DNA of 58,949 nt, filler included, from Globobulimina sp. (taxonomy: Eukaryota), in the NCBI GenBank assembly GCA_003354225.1. It is 8 parts of 8 records of this genome, joined end to end, with 100 filler letters (N's around TTAATTAATTAA, not from the genome) between each part and the next. Parts side by side here need not be neighbours in the genome. Positions count along the whole stretch, not along the records: positions 22,171 to 29,456 come from PIVH01000173.1; positions 29,557 to 36,840 come from PIVH01000174.1; positions 36,941 to 44,221 come from PIVH01000175.1; 5 more parts are not named here. One strand, 5' to 3'. Below the pieces are notes generated by a model that did not search any database, was not told the DNA's origin, and was given only the letters and a program-made list of their open reading frames with translations. The position numbers were made by a program, and so were the translations under genes. The number at the start of each line of letters is the position of its first letter. Position 1 is the stretch's first letter. Shown in pieces: positions 25,301 to 37,278 of the stretch.

Positions 25301-25641
25301 TGAATGTAAATATGGATGAAATCCGATTACGGAAATGTTGTGATGGCGTCATTTCCATTGTAAATATTTGTGAAAATTGTCCCATTCTTCCCAAATGTTT
25401 AAAGAATAACTTACCAAAATATTTGAAGAAATTTCAAATAAATTTACAAGACTTATTCAAATTAATGGATACCAAATATAAAAATCAAAAAAATGTCAAA
25501 ATGAATATGATCAACTTTGGTAAAGAACTGATAAAAAGAATTAAACAAATACAAGAAAATAAATTAAATACGGAATATTATTTTAGAAATGAAATACATA
25601 ATTTAATGACTATGGTTCAAGCCTTTTGTTTGCAATTCTGA
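22363..25641 (+). CDS. PH-domain + WD40-repeat protein with helical C-terminus
   Basis: PH motifs (FTGYLFMRSKG..QYYFVL..LTFY..KGEISL..EKEW); WD40 repeats (AH..ATASHDGCVKIWD, AH..ISGSDDRSMKLWN). First ATG at 22363. Confidence 0.85.
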   Translation: MFSNFSSVKNVLSNPTDMQNIGLLRQPTRERRATVRLKKVTNVHVVFTGYLFMRSKGGVHKQYYFVLTEESLTFYRKKNDSRAKGEISLPVKIVQLANYAQKNAFQVIPLKFDKYQYEFVENSDESILLYADTASLEKEWSSKMQSITQKIMEPYIFPDAIDDDGDAEVANDFNATQQRMHDKLSSMLENNYFNLSSSKSKWRSSLSLRGLTSEDTDINELNRGLRIGEISAADNNKNSILSASCLAVHNQHNLMCVGARPAADNANNGLLSIYNVTIDSTDDDDHDLNLVKEWQISDGIVSIDWRENVLLVSTTEGRVYYYQIDYDAASQQCYLVAHNEHNPSEPVIYTHSTLQQHSKYTLLSAPGSWMHSLRINSVKISCMAKPDCFLCIENESFHLWSLDSRGNNGRPVYSQKASTSPLFAIEWNPHHNHQFMVAGVSSNLKIIDTRELTNNPSKSVPWKMKKAHCHTITNISWNLLVEYWIATASHDGCVKIWDTRYNSGPVRSLLAHNNVVNTVKWSESHCELLISGSDDRSMKLWNLRSPTCSPHYLLYSHLFANPVIGCGYSAKRPMQFFGLSSGGELQSVELTDNFVADFVPHRFTEKSFEKRLDANVNEEDLEEKKSDFAAARNIELMIYMRDMESAHRAIPALADKQWFGGNYEAAQDLLNSVSTVGFQSTLSKYHKQYNFDEMLNKIAPFYHPLCVVLSRANQCDVALCEQMKLRMFIRKVLNKKEWRKLLIMKDKIFKHLLEMGELDNNLIVSIIKLLKKYSYIDACKWCIDAAELYYKNKKYSLFLPIAVSLLYPTIYHFADKNIVKSPDLSLLRKSAHILDRKLRDYEYMRWQLNLLLSLNECLEQQQYDEVSINIIKVWESFAAQKREINVDESRTSITLNIDANAESVHYSVLSQTAYRLYFNALLAEGHCDTFFIECTQLSHRHKGYEISYIITDMMDNEGYNELHLYLESQLNDQLDDINNMNVNMDEIRLRKCCDGVISIVNICENCPILPKCLKNNLPKYLKKFQINLQDLFKLMDTKYKNQKNVKMNMINFGKELIKRIKQIQENKLNTEYYFRNEIHNLMTMVQAFCLQF

Positions 25642-25739
25642 ATTCATTCACCTTTTCTTTTTTCGTGTCTATAGTTTTTGTTGTTATGATTCTTGGATAA
25701 TTCAAACGTTTTTCTTGAAACATTTTTTTTTACGTTTAA

Positions 25740-28188
25740 ATGACGGGTTCTTCGATCGTAGCTATACAACAATTGATAGATATATTTACTCGTTTCCCCA
25801 CCATATATAGCTATGAAGAATTTGAAGATAATCAGTTTGATGCCACCGTTGCTGAACTCGCAAAAATAGGTTATGTCACTTATGTGATATTATTATAATA
25901 ATTACAAATATTTAATTCATAAACATTTACAGATTTAAAAATGTATCATATTGATTCAGGTTACTTATTAAACGAATGCAACGTACATAAAACACCAAAC
26001 GAAGACCATGGTGATTTTTGTTTTTTGATTTTGTGTGATAGTTTAGCCCGAATTATGTTTGTATTAAAACGGTATCATTGTTTTGTTAGAACACAGTCCC
26101 AATTAGAAATTGACAATATTTATGGTGATGGTTATAACAGTATTGAGTTATTAAATGATTTTAATCATCTTTTATTTGCTCATTCAACTGAATTTGAGGA
26201 TATTCACAACAAAATGATTGAAAACTGCAATGATGGAGAAATATGTGATTTGTGTAGCTGTTGTATGTTGAAAAGAAACCAACGAGACAGAACCATTGAG
26301 GATAAACATTTATATTCCAATGAGAGTAATATTGAAGAGATTGTGCAACAACAATTGATCGACAAAATTCATTCATATTATTTCCATACTTTTGATACCG
26401 GCTATAAATTGACACAATTAAAGACAAAAGGTTGAAATTATTAACAGACAAAAAATAACGGATCAGGGACAGGGTGATATGACTGATATCGATGATGTTT
26501 ATATATCAGAAATACACAAACGAATCAGTAATAAACGTGAAGTATATCGCAATATTGCTGCATTAAAGAGATTAAATTCAAAATCTGCGAACAGTAAATT
26601 CTCATTGCAAACAGACGAAACAGTGAGTAAATTAAATGAATATAGCTACGGAGTCAGGTATTTTTAATGGGAGTTTTATAAAAACAATCAAAATACAACG
26701 GATGATGCGTGGCTGTGGTCAGGAGTACCAATGGCTGATGAATTCCATCCTGAAGCAAACGCTGGGTCAAAGCTATGCGATTGGTATATTTCACAGAAGT
26801 ATGATAGTTTGAAACAGGAAATGTTATACAATAACATTTGCATTATTTCAATAACACAATTTAACCATTTGGTACAAAAAGCAAATGTATATTCCAACAC
26901 ATTATGATTTTGTCCAAGAAAACAATCTGCAAAATGCTATGGAATGGAATATGGTCAAAAGATAAGCATTGGGCATTTGGTCGCAATAATGACCCATTGC
27001 ACTTACGATGTATGTTCAACAACAATTTATTGACAAAATAAACAACTTTAATTTTAACAAATAACAAATAAGGTTTTGCAATTTAAGTTTAACAGCACAT
27101 TCAGATGCAGTGATAATAATTTTCAAATAATGAAAAAGCAGCATCGAAATTATTATTGGTTGGGGAGGTTATTAAGAGAGATTGTTGAATGTTTTGGAAT
27201 GAAAGTCCCAGAAAGAATACTGACACTATATCATGGTATAAATACACAGTTTACTTTTCCATCAATCCGTCCATATATTAAAGGGCCGTTAAGCACTACA
27301 ACTGATTATTGTGTCGCTGCAGGATTTTGTAATAACACTGGAATGATATTGGAGCTCGAAATTGTTTTACCGTACTGGAAATTTAAGATGAATGAAGATT
27401 TGCCAGCGGCACAAAAGCTAAATTGTTTTGCTTGCAGCTGGATTAGTGATTATACGAACGAACAAGAAATATTCATTATAGGTGGATTAAATAAGGTTTT
27501 CTTCAAATCCATCATTGACGTACCATCAAACACAAATTATGCGGCATATATCAGGGGGCTGAGACAAATGACATCGCACTGTGTTTGTGGCTCAGAATTT
27601 GAAGTTGATAGTGATGTGTCTTTTGTAAATAAAATTGAAAAAAAAATTGTTTTTCGATTTTTGGCACATCGATTATATGAATGTTATCCAAATCATAAAT
27701 ATGCAGATCGATGGGAAAGTTGTCCAGATTTTATTAAAGAAGTACTAAATAAATATTGCAGAACAATGACGCATATAAGCTTTGACAGCAACAAAAATGA
27801 AAATAACATTTATGAACTTATATTTAAGTTTGCGAATCAATGGATTAAACTTAATTTAATATGTGGTATATATCCCAACATACAGTATATAGCTTATGTG
27901 GCGAGAGCAGAGCATATATCATTCCTAAAACAATCTTTTATTTATGATTCTGTTTTGTATTTCATTAAACATAGTGCAGTGAACACAAAATTGCAAATGA
28001 TTTCAATAACAATCAATGAATTATATGCAGAAGAGATGGAAATATATCTTGAAGATTACAAAAAGGCCTTTAAAGCATATTCATGGAATATTTATGTTCA
28101 TACTCTTCATGAATCATTCAAAGGTATTCCTGTTGATAATCCTAATGCAAAATCTTTCAGCATCAAAATAGCAAAAAATTCAAAGTGA
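25740..28188 (+). pseudogene. Disrupted member of an expanded family with C-terminal ADP-ribosyltransferase-like domain
   Basis: Intron 25870-25932, frameshift near 26420, and in-frame TAA at 26665-26667 in GVRYF*WEFYK (paralogue reads GIRFFYWTYYK). The 3' ORF carries YHGI...GPLSTT...NEQE. Confidence 0.65.
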
Positions 28189-28278
28189 AACAATAACTTT
28201 ATTTTTCAAATTAATTAAATGAAAGTTTTTAAGTGTGGTGCGAGTAAAAAGATTTTTAACAAAGGAATTTCAGTAGAT

Positions 28279-29456
28279 TTATAGTTCTCTTTTTCTTTGC
28301 TTTTCTTGTGCTATATTTGATGCAATATCTTTTGTCCAATTCTCAACAGAAACAGTTGAATAACTTCTTGGTTTAGCTCGCAATGTATTTACCCATAAAT
28401 CTCTCACATTTTGAGACTTTGCTTGTAATAAAATTATTCCTTTTGATGTAAGAAGTACAAAACAACATTTTTTGGATGGATTACCATTGAATAGATTCGT
28501 ATCTCCAACATTTATTTTATAAACATCGTCATATAAAAAGCTATTATTTGCAATAAACATTTCATTTTCGCCCAAACTGACTCTGACCACATATGTCTTA
28601 CCTTTGCCATGTAATAACATTCCACATTCAGACCCATTCAATTCAGTTTCCATTTTCTTTTTTATTTTAACCTGACGACCTCTCATCATTTTTTCTCTAT
28701 ATCCGGCCATTACTTTTCTGAACATTTTCTTTTCCTCGTTATCGCCAAAAATTATTTCAAAACTATTCATCAGATATATATTCTGCGGGTACTGTTGGAA
28801 AATATCAGCTAATGCAAACACACGTTTTTGTATAAATTCTTTCCGCTCATTGTCAGCTAATTTATATCTATTCATATTCGCTGTAACCACACTCATTTCT
28901 GCTTTGAATCTCTTCCAATTCGCATCACTTAAAAGCCCTTTTACTTCCGCAATATACTCAACAATCATATTTATTATTTTCTCCCTATCCTCATTCTCTT
29001 CATTCCCCTCCAACATTTTCTGTAAATAAATAATTTTTTCATTTAATATTTCCTTTTCGTTTTGCAATCTATCATTATCATTTTCTAATTGCTTTGTCTT
29101 TGATTGCTGTTTTGTTTTTATTTTTTTCTTTGAATCATTCAATTGCAAGCGAGCAATTTCCGAGTTCAATTCAACAATTTTATGGCGAATGGAAGCATTC
29201 TTCGCCTTCAAATCCGTATTTTCTTTTTTTAGTTGAAGAACAGCAACGTTTTGCAAATCTTGATTATGTTTAACTACATCAACAACGCTATTTTGCCGAG
29301 TTCTGGATATTTCGTTCATTTTTTGTTTCATTTCCATCCTTTGTCTCTGTTCAACCATTTCAGATTTGGTATCATTACATTTCTTTCGCAATGCTTCATT
29401 TTCCTCCTCAATTTGTTTATTCAGTTCGGTGTACTCCATAATCTTTTTTTCAAAGG
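28279..29456 (-). CDS. Coiled-coil protein with C-terminal PH-like domain, 5'-truncated
   Basis: Heptad-rich N-terminal part; C-terminal CFVLLT..IILLQAKSQNVRDLWVNTL resembles the end of a PH domain. Confidence 0.7.
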
Positions 29457-29556
29457 NNNNNNNNNNNNNNNNNNNNNNNNNNNNNNNNNNNNNNNNNNNN
29501 TTAATTAATTAANNNNNNNNNNNNNNNNNNNNNNNNNNNNNNNNNNNNNNNNNNNN
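29457..29556. other. Artificial contig spacer
   Basis: 44 N + TTAATTAATTAA + 44 N. Confidence 0.99.
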
Positions 29557-29939
29557 CAGTGATGTGTTTATAATATGTCCAATAAAAGAAGCGAATGCCG
29601 GAGGAATACTGGCTATTAATATTCAAAAAATCAGTTAAATAATCCTCAAATATTTGCATATCACATTTGGAATTGTATTGCTTTGCTAATATTTTATAAA
29701 TTTGTTGAATGAGTGAGTCATTATTCTGCCATAACGCATATTTAATTAAATCATCATTCGCAATATCAATATTTGTATAATCCATAATTACGGCATCGCT
29801 GTCCCACTCTTCGTCCATTAGATACGTATAAAAATCATTCATTATGGCTTTGTTTACTCGATATTTACCCATTTCATCCATTAATCCGTCAATAAAACCA
29901 CCACTGACTGCCTCATTTGATTCGGTTGTTGCTGATTTT
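29557..29939. repeat. 383-bp direct repeat, copy 1 (copy 2 at 36458-36840)
   Basis: Manual alignment: 13 substitutions, no indels, offset 6901 bp. Confidence 0.95.
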
Positions 29940-31155
29940 TTATTTATTGTCTTCGTCACGAATTTACTAAATTGTTTGCCGCGTTCTTCGTTTATACGAT
30001 ATCTCGCATCTTTTTTTTTTAAATCCAAATATTTTCGAAATTCAACGGCGACGCTATCATGACATAATTGTAACAATTCGTCCATGTCTGTTATCTCGTT
30101 TTCGTTCATTTTCTTATCCATTTCACTCCTAATTTGACTTACATTTATTCGCAATGTGTGATATAAAAAAGAATGGCACGAATCCAATATTTGTTGGCTT
30201 ACCATGGATTTTATGGATGCATCGACATCGTTGTTATCATTAAATACATTTAAGGCGGCACTGAAAAATAAATCTTTTGATAAAAGTGCGCGATCCCTTT
30301 CATGTCTGCCACCAATAAAACATTCATCGCCATCACAAATATTATTATTCTTTTCGTCATCATCAAAACCTAAAACTTGTTTATTTTGCATTATAAATTT
30401 ATAATCTTTGATAAAATGCGCAAATGTGTATTGTGGCGATAATGAATTATTAATAATATCAAAAATATCATCGATTTCATTCTCGTCTTTGCGTTCTTCG
30501 TTTTTAATATCAATCCACGAACAATAAATTAATGAGATACATCGTACTCTCTCTAAGCAGCAATCGCCTTTTTTTCGAATATCCTCGGCATCAAATAATT
30601 GCTTAATATCATAATCGCCGGTCTTAATCCCGAATTTCGCAAAAATACTTGCTTTGGCTGATTTGGGTGCTTTCTATGTATGTACATATGTTTTGTTTTT
30701 GAGTCGGCGTTTTTGTGTTTGTATATTTTTTATGAGAAATATAATTAAGAAACCTGTGATTTTGCAGTATTTATTCGATTCACAATTTGATTAATTTCCT
30801 CCTCATCCAATACATCGGACATTGCTCGAATAACAACATTTTTATCTGTATTGATTAATTTATTATATTGAGGTTTAATATTTTTATCATAATAAACCGG
30901 TAATATTTCCTTACTAAATCTTTGTATTTCTTTTGTAATAATATTATTATTCATATATTTGACAGTTAACCATTCACCTTCATCGTCATTATGTATTTTA
31001 ATAATTTCTGCAAAAAACCAGCCATTCTGTAAACTCGAAAATACTATGCATTGTGAACCAATTGTCCAAGATAGTCGTTCGAGTCTATCTCGTTCTCGTT
31101 CTTTTTCTTTGGATTGCTGCGTATGTATCAAACCAACATTGGCATTATTTGCCAT
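29557..31155 (-). CDS. 5' part of ART-like family gene with N-terminal Tudor/Agenet-like module; exons 31155-30754, 30673-<29557
   Basis: WTIGSQCIVFS..WFFAEIIKI..EWLTVKY module. Intron 30753-30674 (CAG|GTTTCT..CATAG). The 3' end is ~97% identical to 36458-36840. Confidence 0.7.
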
Positions 31156-31278
31156 TAATTTGGATGGATTATGAATGGTAGGTTGTTCACGCAAGGCTCG
31201 TCTGTTGCTAATTGTGAAGATAAGGGAAAATGTTTTTTTTTATTTGTAACAACTTTCCTGACATTTGCATCGTTGTTA

Positions 31279-32761
31279 ATGTTAACGCTCATCTCAATAT
31301 ATTTATTGCAATACACTCAGTCACAGCCACAACAAAGTTGTTATTATTATGGTTGTGGTTTTCATGGTGCCTCACAAGAATGTCAATGCAACTCTGGATG
31401 CCAGTCATTTGGTGATTGTTGCAATGATTTTGATGATTTATGTACAGGTGGAAATTTTGCAGAATGTCCACATGCTCCAATAATTAAAGAGGATCGAAGG
31501 GAAAACAAAAATATATTCAGATTTGTATCGTTTAATATAGAATGGTTATTTTTGGATTATTCACATTCAATGGGAGCTAATTATTGTCCCGGAACTGGCT
31601 GTAATTGGCATAATAGCACAGCAGCATACATCCATTTGCATGCTGTCGCACATTATTTAGACTCCTTCAATGCAGATATTATATTATTGCAGGAAACTTG
31701 CGATTGTTGGACTATACAGCAATTAATAACTGCTATGCCAGATAATGGCGCATATTACAGACCGTATTTAGTAAAGTAGCTAATATTATATATATCCACC
31801 AAAAGTCACCCAATCATCGACATAATTAAACTATGTCTGTATGTTTTGGTGACTTTTTATGCCGTATATTTAATATAATTTGTGTTTATATATTGCGTTA
31901 AGAGGCACAGATACTGCAACTGGACAAAATGTAGCATTGATAACAAAGATAGATCCTTTGGACGATTTGTATCGTAGCGATGAATATGTATCATATCCAG
32001 TTGCGGGAAGCAACTGTGTCGAGTCAAGTAATTCCGGCTCGCAAGGCTGTTCTAAACATTTTCGAAGCAGATTCCGCGTCGACGGCTTAGCACAGGATTT
32101 AAGCATATTTAATGTCCATTTGTTAGCATATCCAATTGATGCAAGTCGCTGTAGAAGCAGGGAAGGACAGGCCACTGTTATTGCAAATATGATACGGGAA
32201 GACGTAGGAAATGGTAATTTAATTATTGTTGCGGGTGATTTTAATGATTATGGCAACAGTGTATGCGATATAAACTGCAATACTCCAATATCTGCGGTTG
32301 AAAGCATAATACGGACAGCCAGCGGTGGGCAGTCATTAGTTAATGCGGCAAATAGTATTACTCAAATTAATGAGAGATATACAGTGTGGTGGGACTGTCA
32401 CAGCGATTGCATTGTTTCTACGCAGTGTTTCGGTTTGATTGATCAGGTGTTACTGTCACAAGAATTGTATGCTGTTATAAGTGATGCAAGGATTGATCAT
32501 GGCTTTCAAAATGAATGCGTTACAAATTTCAGTGATCATTGGCCATATGTTATTACATTGGATCTCACACAATCTGCACTTAATGTTACTGCCAATACTA
32601 AACTCTATCAAAATGATAGTAATGATACTGAACTGTATATAAATAATAATACACTGCATCAAGATGTTATAATTAGTAATAATAATGAACGGTATCAAAA
32701 TATGTTATTAATAATGTTGTTCTTTGTGTTTCTATGTTGTTCGGATTTGTACATTTTTTAA
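31279..32761 (+). CDS. Secreted/anchored somatomedin-B + endonuclease/exonuclease/phosphatase (EEP) protein; intron 31776-31902
   Basis: Signal-like MLTLISIYLL; SMB CQCNSGCQSFGDCCNDFDDLC; EEP motifs SFNIEW, LLQE, GDFND, IDQVL, SDHWP; hydrophobic C-terminal tail. Confidence 0.85.
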
Positions 32762-33153
32762 CTTAGACAGAAAAAGATTAAACAAAAAACATTTTTACTC
32801 ACACATTTTTCTCAACACAATGCCTTCGTCGTCGAGAGCTTTGCTCGAGAGCAACTGGCTCAAGATATGTCTCTTTGTTTTATGTATAATTTGATCAAAG
32901 CAGCTGAGAGCAATGTGTTTTCATAAATAGATATTATGAGACGAGTGGGAATGCATCGATTGATGCTGTATTTTATGGTGCCGTATTTGGCGTATTATTC
33001 TGCGTATTTATGGTGCCTTATTTTATTTGGCGTATTTTATGGGATTGTATGAGGTGCTCCGCACCGATTTATATGTGCAATGTGGAGAGATATGGCATCG
33101 ATCGATCACAAATTAATCACTCATTTGCTGAAAAAGATTGGTATCTGTATCCA

Positions 33154-34920
33154 ATGGAACCTTTACTAAACCCAATCATTAAAAGTCCTGAATTAACACA
33201 TTCAACACCAAACAACCAGTTACTAAACGAACTACGATTCGGTGCGCATTCATCCGTGATTCATTCGGCACGCTCACACCGCTCAAATGACGGCATATCA
33301 AACTACGAGAATGACGCCAACCTATCCACGGAAGAGAAACATGACCGAGACCGAGACCGCCACTCCGAGATAGAAACGACCATAACCACCCGGACCGGCG
33401 CAGTGTTTGATGATTTAGAGTTTTTGCATGATTTTCTAGAGCACGAAAGTAAGAAACCCTTTTTTGAATCCAATTGCTTTAAAATAAACTGTAAAAACCT
33501 GTGCATCTTCGGTACGATATCAACAATCATTGGCTGCCTTTTATACGTAATCTACTATTATTTTGGGGACAGTATCGACCAAAACTACGTAGAAATACTG
33601 CGCTTGGCCTCCATCCCCATCATTTGCATTATCTTCACGTACGGCCACATTGCCTTAGCTCTGTGGATGACCTTTTGGCCCACACACTTTTTCCCCACCA
33701 AACACTTGCAATTTGCGTCCGGCCCCTTTGCCGGATATGGCTTAGGATGGCAAGGCATTGTCCCGATGAAAGCTGTCAAAATGGCGCAAATCGCGGTGGA
33801 TTTGATGGTGCCGGATGTGGTTCGTATGGAAGATGTGGTGGCTAAAATCGACCCCGTTGTGGTGTCCTCCATTATTGAACCTGCATTGTATGAAATATTG
33901 AAAATATTAATCCCGCGCATCGCAGCCAAACAAGCGCCCATCGGCTGGGCCTTGCTGCCGTCCGCAATGAAGGAGAAAATGATCAGCGTCGCGCTGGCAG
34001 ACTCGCACAAAAGCGTTGCCGCAATGATCCGGGACATCAACGAGAACATTGAGGAGATGTTCGATTTGACGCAGTTTATAACTGCGGCGCTGAGGAATGA
34101 CAAGCAATTGTTGTCGCAGATATTTTTGAAGTGTGGGCGCAAAGAGTTGATATTTATTCGTAATTTCGGTGCCGTCATGGGTTTACTGTTTGGTTTGACG
34201 CAAATGTTGGCAAATATATATTTTTCAGGTATGCATTGCTTTTTTTTTTGCCAAACGTATTAAATGATTTATGTTTTATGTTCAGGCAATGTGTATTTTA
34301 ACCATTTAATGTTACCGATATCTGGCTTTATATTGGGGTTTATTACAAATTGGATTGCCTTGAAACTGATATTCCGGCCAATTGATGCCATCGTTTGTGG
34401 TCCAATAAAAATCCAAGGACTATTTCTGAAGCGACAAAGGGAAGTCAGCGTGGAATTTGCGGCGTTAATAACCAAAAAAATATTGACTGCTCAGAATATT
34501 TTAGAGTCGTTGTATAGAGGACCATCGTCGGACAAATTATTTATAAAAATAACCAAACATTTGCAAGATGCATGCGACAGATTTGCGGGATATGAAAAAT
34601 TTAAACCGTTAATCGAATATGCTTTGGGCACAGACAAATATAACCAGGTAAAGCAGGAAATTATTGACGGATTGTTTAATTGCTTGGAATTGAAATGTAA
34701 AAAAGAAATATTGGCCGTTCAGAAAAATTTGGAACAATATACGGACGAAACTATGGATATTGAACGATTGTTACGGACCAAAATGGCTGCACTGACAAGT
34801 AAACAATTTGAAGGCGTTTTACATCCCGTTTTTGAAGAAGATGAAATTAAATTAATTCTCATTGGCGCTGTTTTAGGACTCATTGTTGGATTGTTTCAGG
34901 TTTATGTTATTAAAAATTGA
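33154..34920 (+). CDS. DUF445-like multi-pass membrane protein; intron 34229-34285
   Basis: Two repeated units: ALWMTFWP..GWQGIVP and TNWIALKLIFRP..IQGLFLKRQREVS; C-terminal FEEDEIKLILIGAVLG. Start codon uncertain (33010 or 33154). Confidence 0.85.
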
Positions 34921-34965
34921 TTGGTTTAGTTACGTGTACATAAAGTCAGAGGAAACACACTCTTT

Positions 34966-36840
34966 TTACAATGGTGTAATAAATAATGTTTTTTTACAAT
35001 TTGAATTTCGTGTAATATGATAATAATTTTTTTTCTTTAATGTCCATCCATATTTATTATATAAGGATTGATTTTTATTTATAAATTTTGATATATTATT
35101 TCTTGGATTTATAATAATAATCTCTTTAAATGTACTTTGCAATTTACCCGATTCATTGATCTCTTTTATGGCTGATATTGTTGAAGATGTAAATGCAGAA
35201 TTTAATTCTATTGATTTATCCCATCCCAATCTCGTTGCTTTTATATTATATACAATAATATGTTCCAATTTATGTTTAAATAAATGTAATATTTTACTAA
35301 ACATAATGCATTCAGATGATATAAACAATGGTTTAAATAATAAATAACCATAACAACTCTGGCTTGCACCTTCTTTATGCATATCCATCCAAAACATATT
35401 TATTTCAACATTATAAACATTGTTTATCATATTTTTAAATAATCTTTGCATATAAATTGGTATTTTACTCAATATCTGTGATGATGATGAATGTGATCCC
35501 AATCCCAAACCAATTAATTCAGCAATACATATAACATCGCAATTCTTTATTGCACATTGTTGGAATGGATATCCACGAATCATCACACTTAACATAGATA
35601 TCGGTCGGATTAATTTTTCATAATCCAATTTCAACGGAATATCATGGATTGATTTAAAAACAAAGGCTTGCAACGAGCCCACGAATAATCTCTCATTTTC
35701 TTCTTGATAATCACTCCAAAACACACAATTCCAGAGTGATTGTCCAAATTTATCATTTAGAATATCAACCACCATCCCATCATCTTTTGCAAATCTTCCA
35801 TGAGCCACTTCAAACTCTGTTTAATTATTTATCATTTACAAAAACAACAACACATACAAACAATGAATAAAATAAAGGCCAAACCGGCAGTGGTAGATAA
35901 AGGCCCAAATATTTTAAAAGCAGTGCCTTCGAATATAAATTCTTTACCAATGCCATGATAAAAAATATCTACGTCTGAATGCGCCATTGTTGAGCCGTAA
36001 CATTCAATGCTTTCTCGTAACAATCTCGACCAGTTTGCGAAACATGAATGCCTTTTTTTCAATGAGACATCCGATTCATTCCATTGATTTCTTCGAAAAC
36101 TGGCCGAAAAATTAAATGATTGCTCACTGAAATTGGTGTAAAAAAGGATACTCATTATATGATCCATTCTAATCAATTCACCTTTTTTTATGCCATACAA
36201 AGGTAACCATGTATTAAACACATATTCTGATTGCCATTCACATGTAATTTCCTCTTCATCCTCTTTCCATACTTGATATTTCATTGTTGCCTTTTCTTTG
36301 GTTTCCATCCATTGTTCCAAACTGAAGCCATTTTCAAGCATCTCCGCTTTAAATGACGCATATTTGGCTGAAATGTACCAATCACAAATACGATATCCGA
36401 TATTCGATTCGGTCATATTTCCACCATCTTTTCCTTTAAATACAATATTTTCATTATCAGTGATGTGTTTATAATATGTCCAATAAAAGAAGCGAATGCC
36501 GGAGGAATACTGGCTATTAATATTCAAAAAATCAGTCAAATAATCCTCAAATATTTGCATATCACATTTGGAATTATATTGCTTTGCCAATATTTTATAA
36601 ATTTGTTGAATGAGCGAGTCATTATTCTGCCATAACGCATATTTAATCAAATCGTCATTCATAATATCAATATTTGTATAATCCATAATTACGGCATCGC
36701 TGTCCCACTCTTCGCCCATTAAATACGTATAAAAATCATTCATTACGGCTTTATTTACTCAATATTTACCCATTTCATCCATTAATCCGTCAATAAAACC
36801 ACCACTGACTGCCTCATTTGATTCGGTTGTTGCTGATTTT
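34966..36840 (-). pseudogene. 3' part of ART-like family gene (intron 35884-35817) with a premature TGA
   Basis: FYHGIG..GPLSTTAEFEVA..SDYQEENERLF after splicing. The codon that is CGA in the other copy is TGA here (36761-36759). Confidence 0.65.
36458..36840. repeat. 383-bp direct repeat, copy 2
   Basis: See 29557-29939. Confidence 0.95.
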
Positions 36841-36940
36841 NNNNNNNNNNNNNNNNNNNNNNNNNNNNNNNNNNNNNNNNNNNNTTAATTAATTAANNNN
36901 NNNNNNNNNNNNNNNNNNNNNNNNNNNNNNNNNNNNNNNN
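36841..36940. other. Artificial contig spacer
   Basis: 44 N + TTAATTAATTAA + 44 N. Confidence 0.99.
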
Positions 36941-37190
36941 AGTACACCTTTTCTGCTCCATTGATCCACTGATCCCTGATCCAGCGGCCTACCACCATAT
37001 TTTATACTACCTACCTAATTATCAACTGATCCACTGATCCACTGATCCACTGATCCAATAATCATATCAAAGCCTCACAAGATCAGTACACCTTTTCTGC
37101 TCCATTGATCCACTGATCCTGATCCAGCGCCTACCTTATACTACCTACCTAATTATCAACTGATCCACCGATCCACTGATCCACAGAAAC
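36941..37190. repeat. ~144-bp tandem repeat containing 8-bp CTGATCCA subrepeats (subterminal-repeat-like)
   Basis: agtacaccttttctgctccattgatccactgatcc starts at both 36941 and 37085; runs of (ctgatcca)n lie inside each unit. Confidence 0.9.
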
Positions 37191-37278
37191 ATTGGTAGGA
37201 TAGACTGAGATTTTTAAAATATATTTATTTTGGATCCTTGCACAGAAACAGTGGTAGGATCCTTGCACTTTGTTCGTC

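Noticed and set aside
32969-33042. Imperfect tandem repeat (tatttatggtgcc..tatttggcgtatt)
   Set aside because: Two short degenerate copies upstream of the DUF445 gene; no further structure.
36941-37190. CRISPR-like array
   Set aside because: Repeats are contiguous with no unique spacers, and there are no cas genes.
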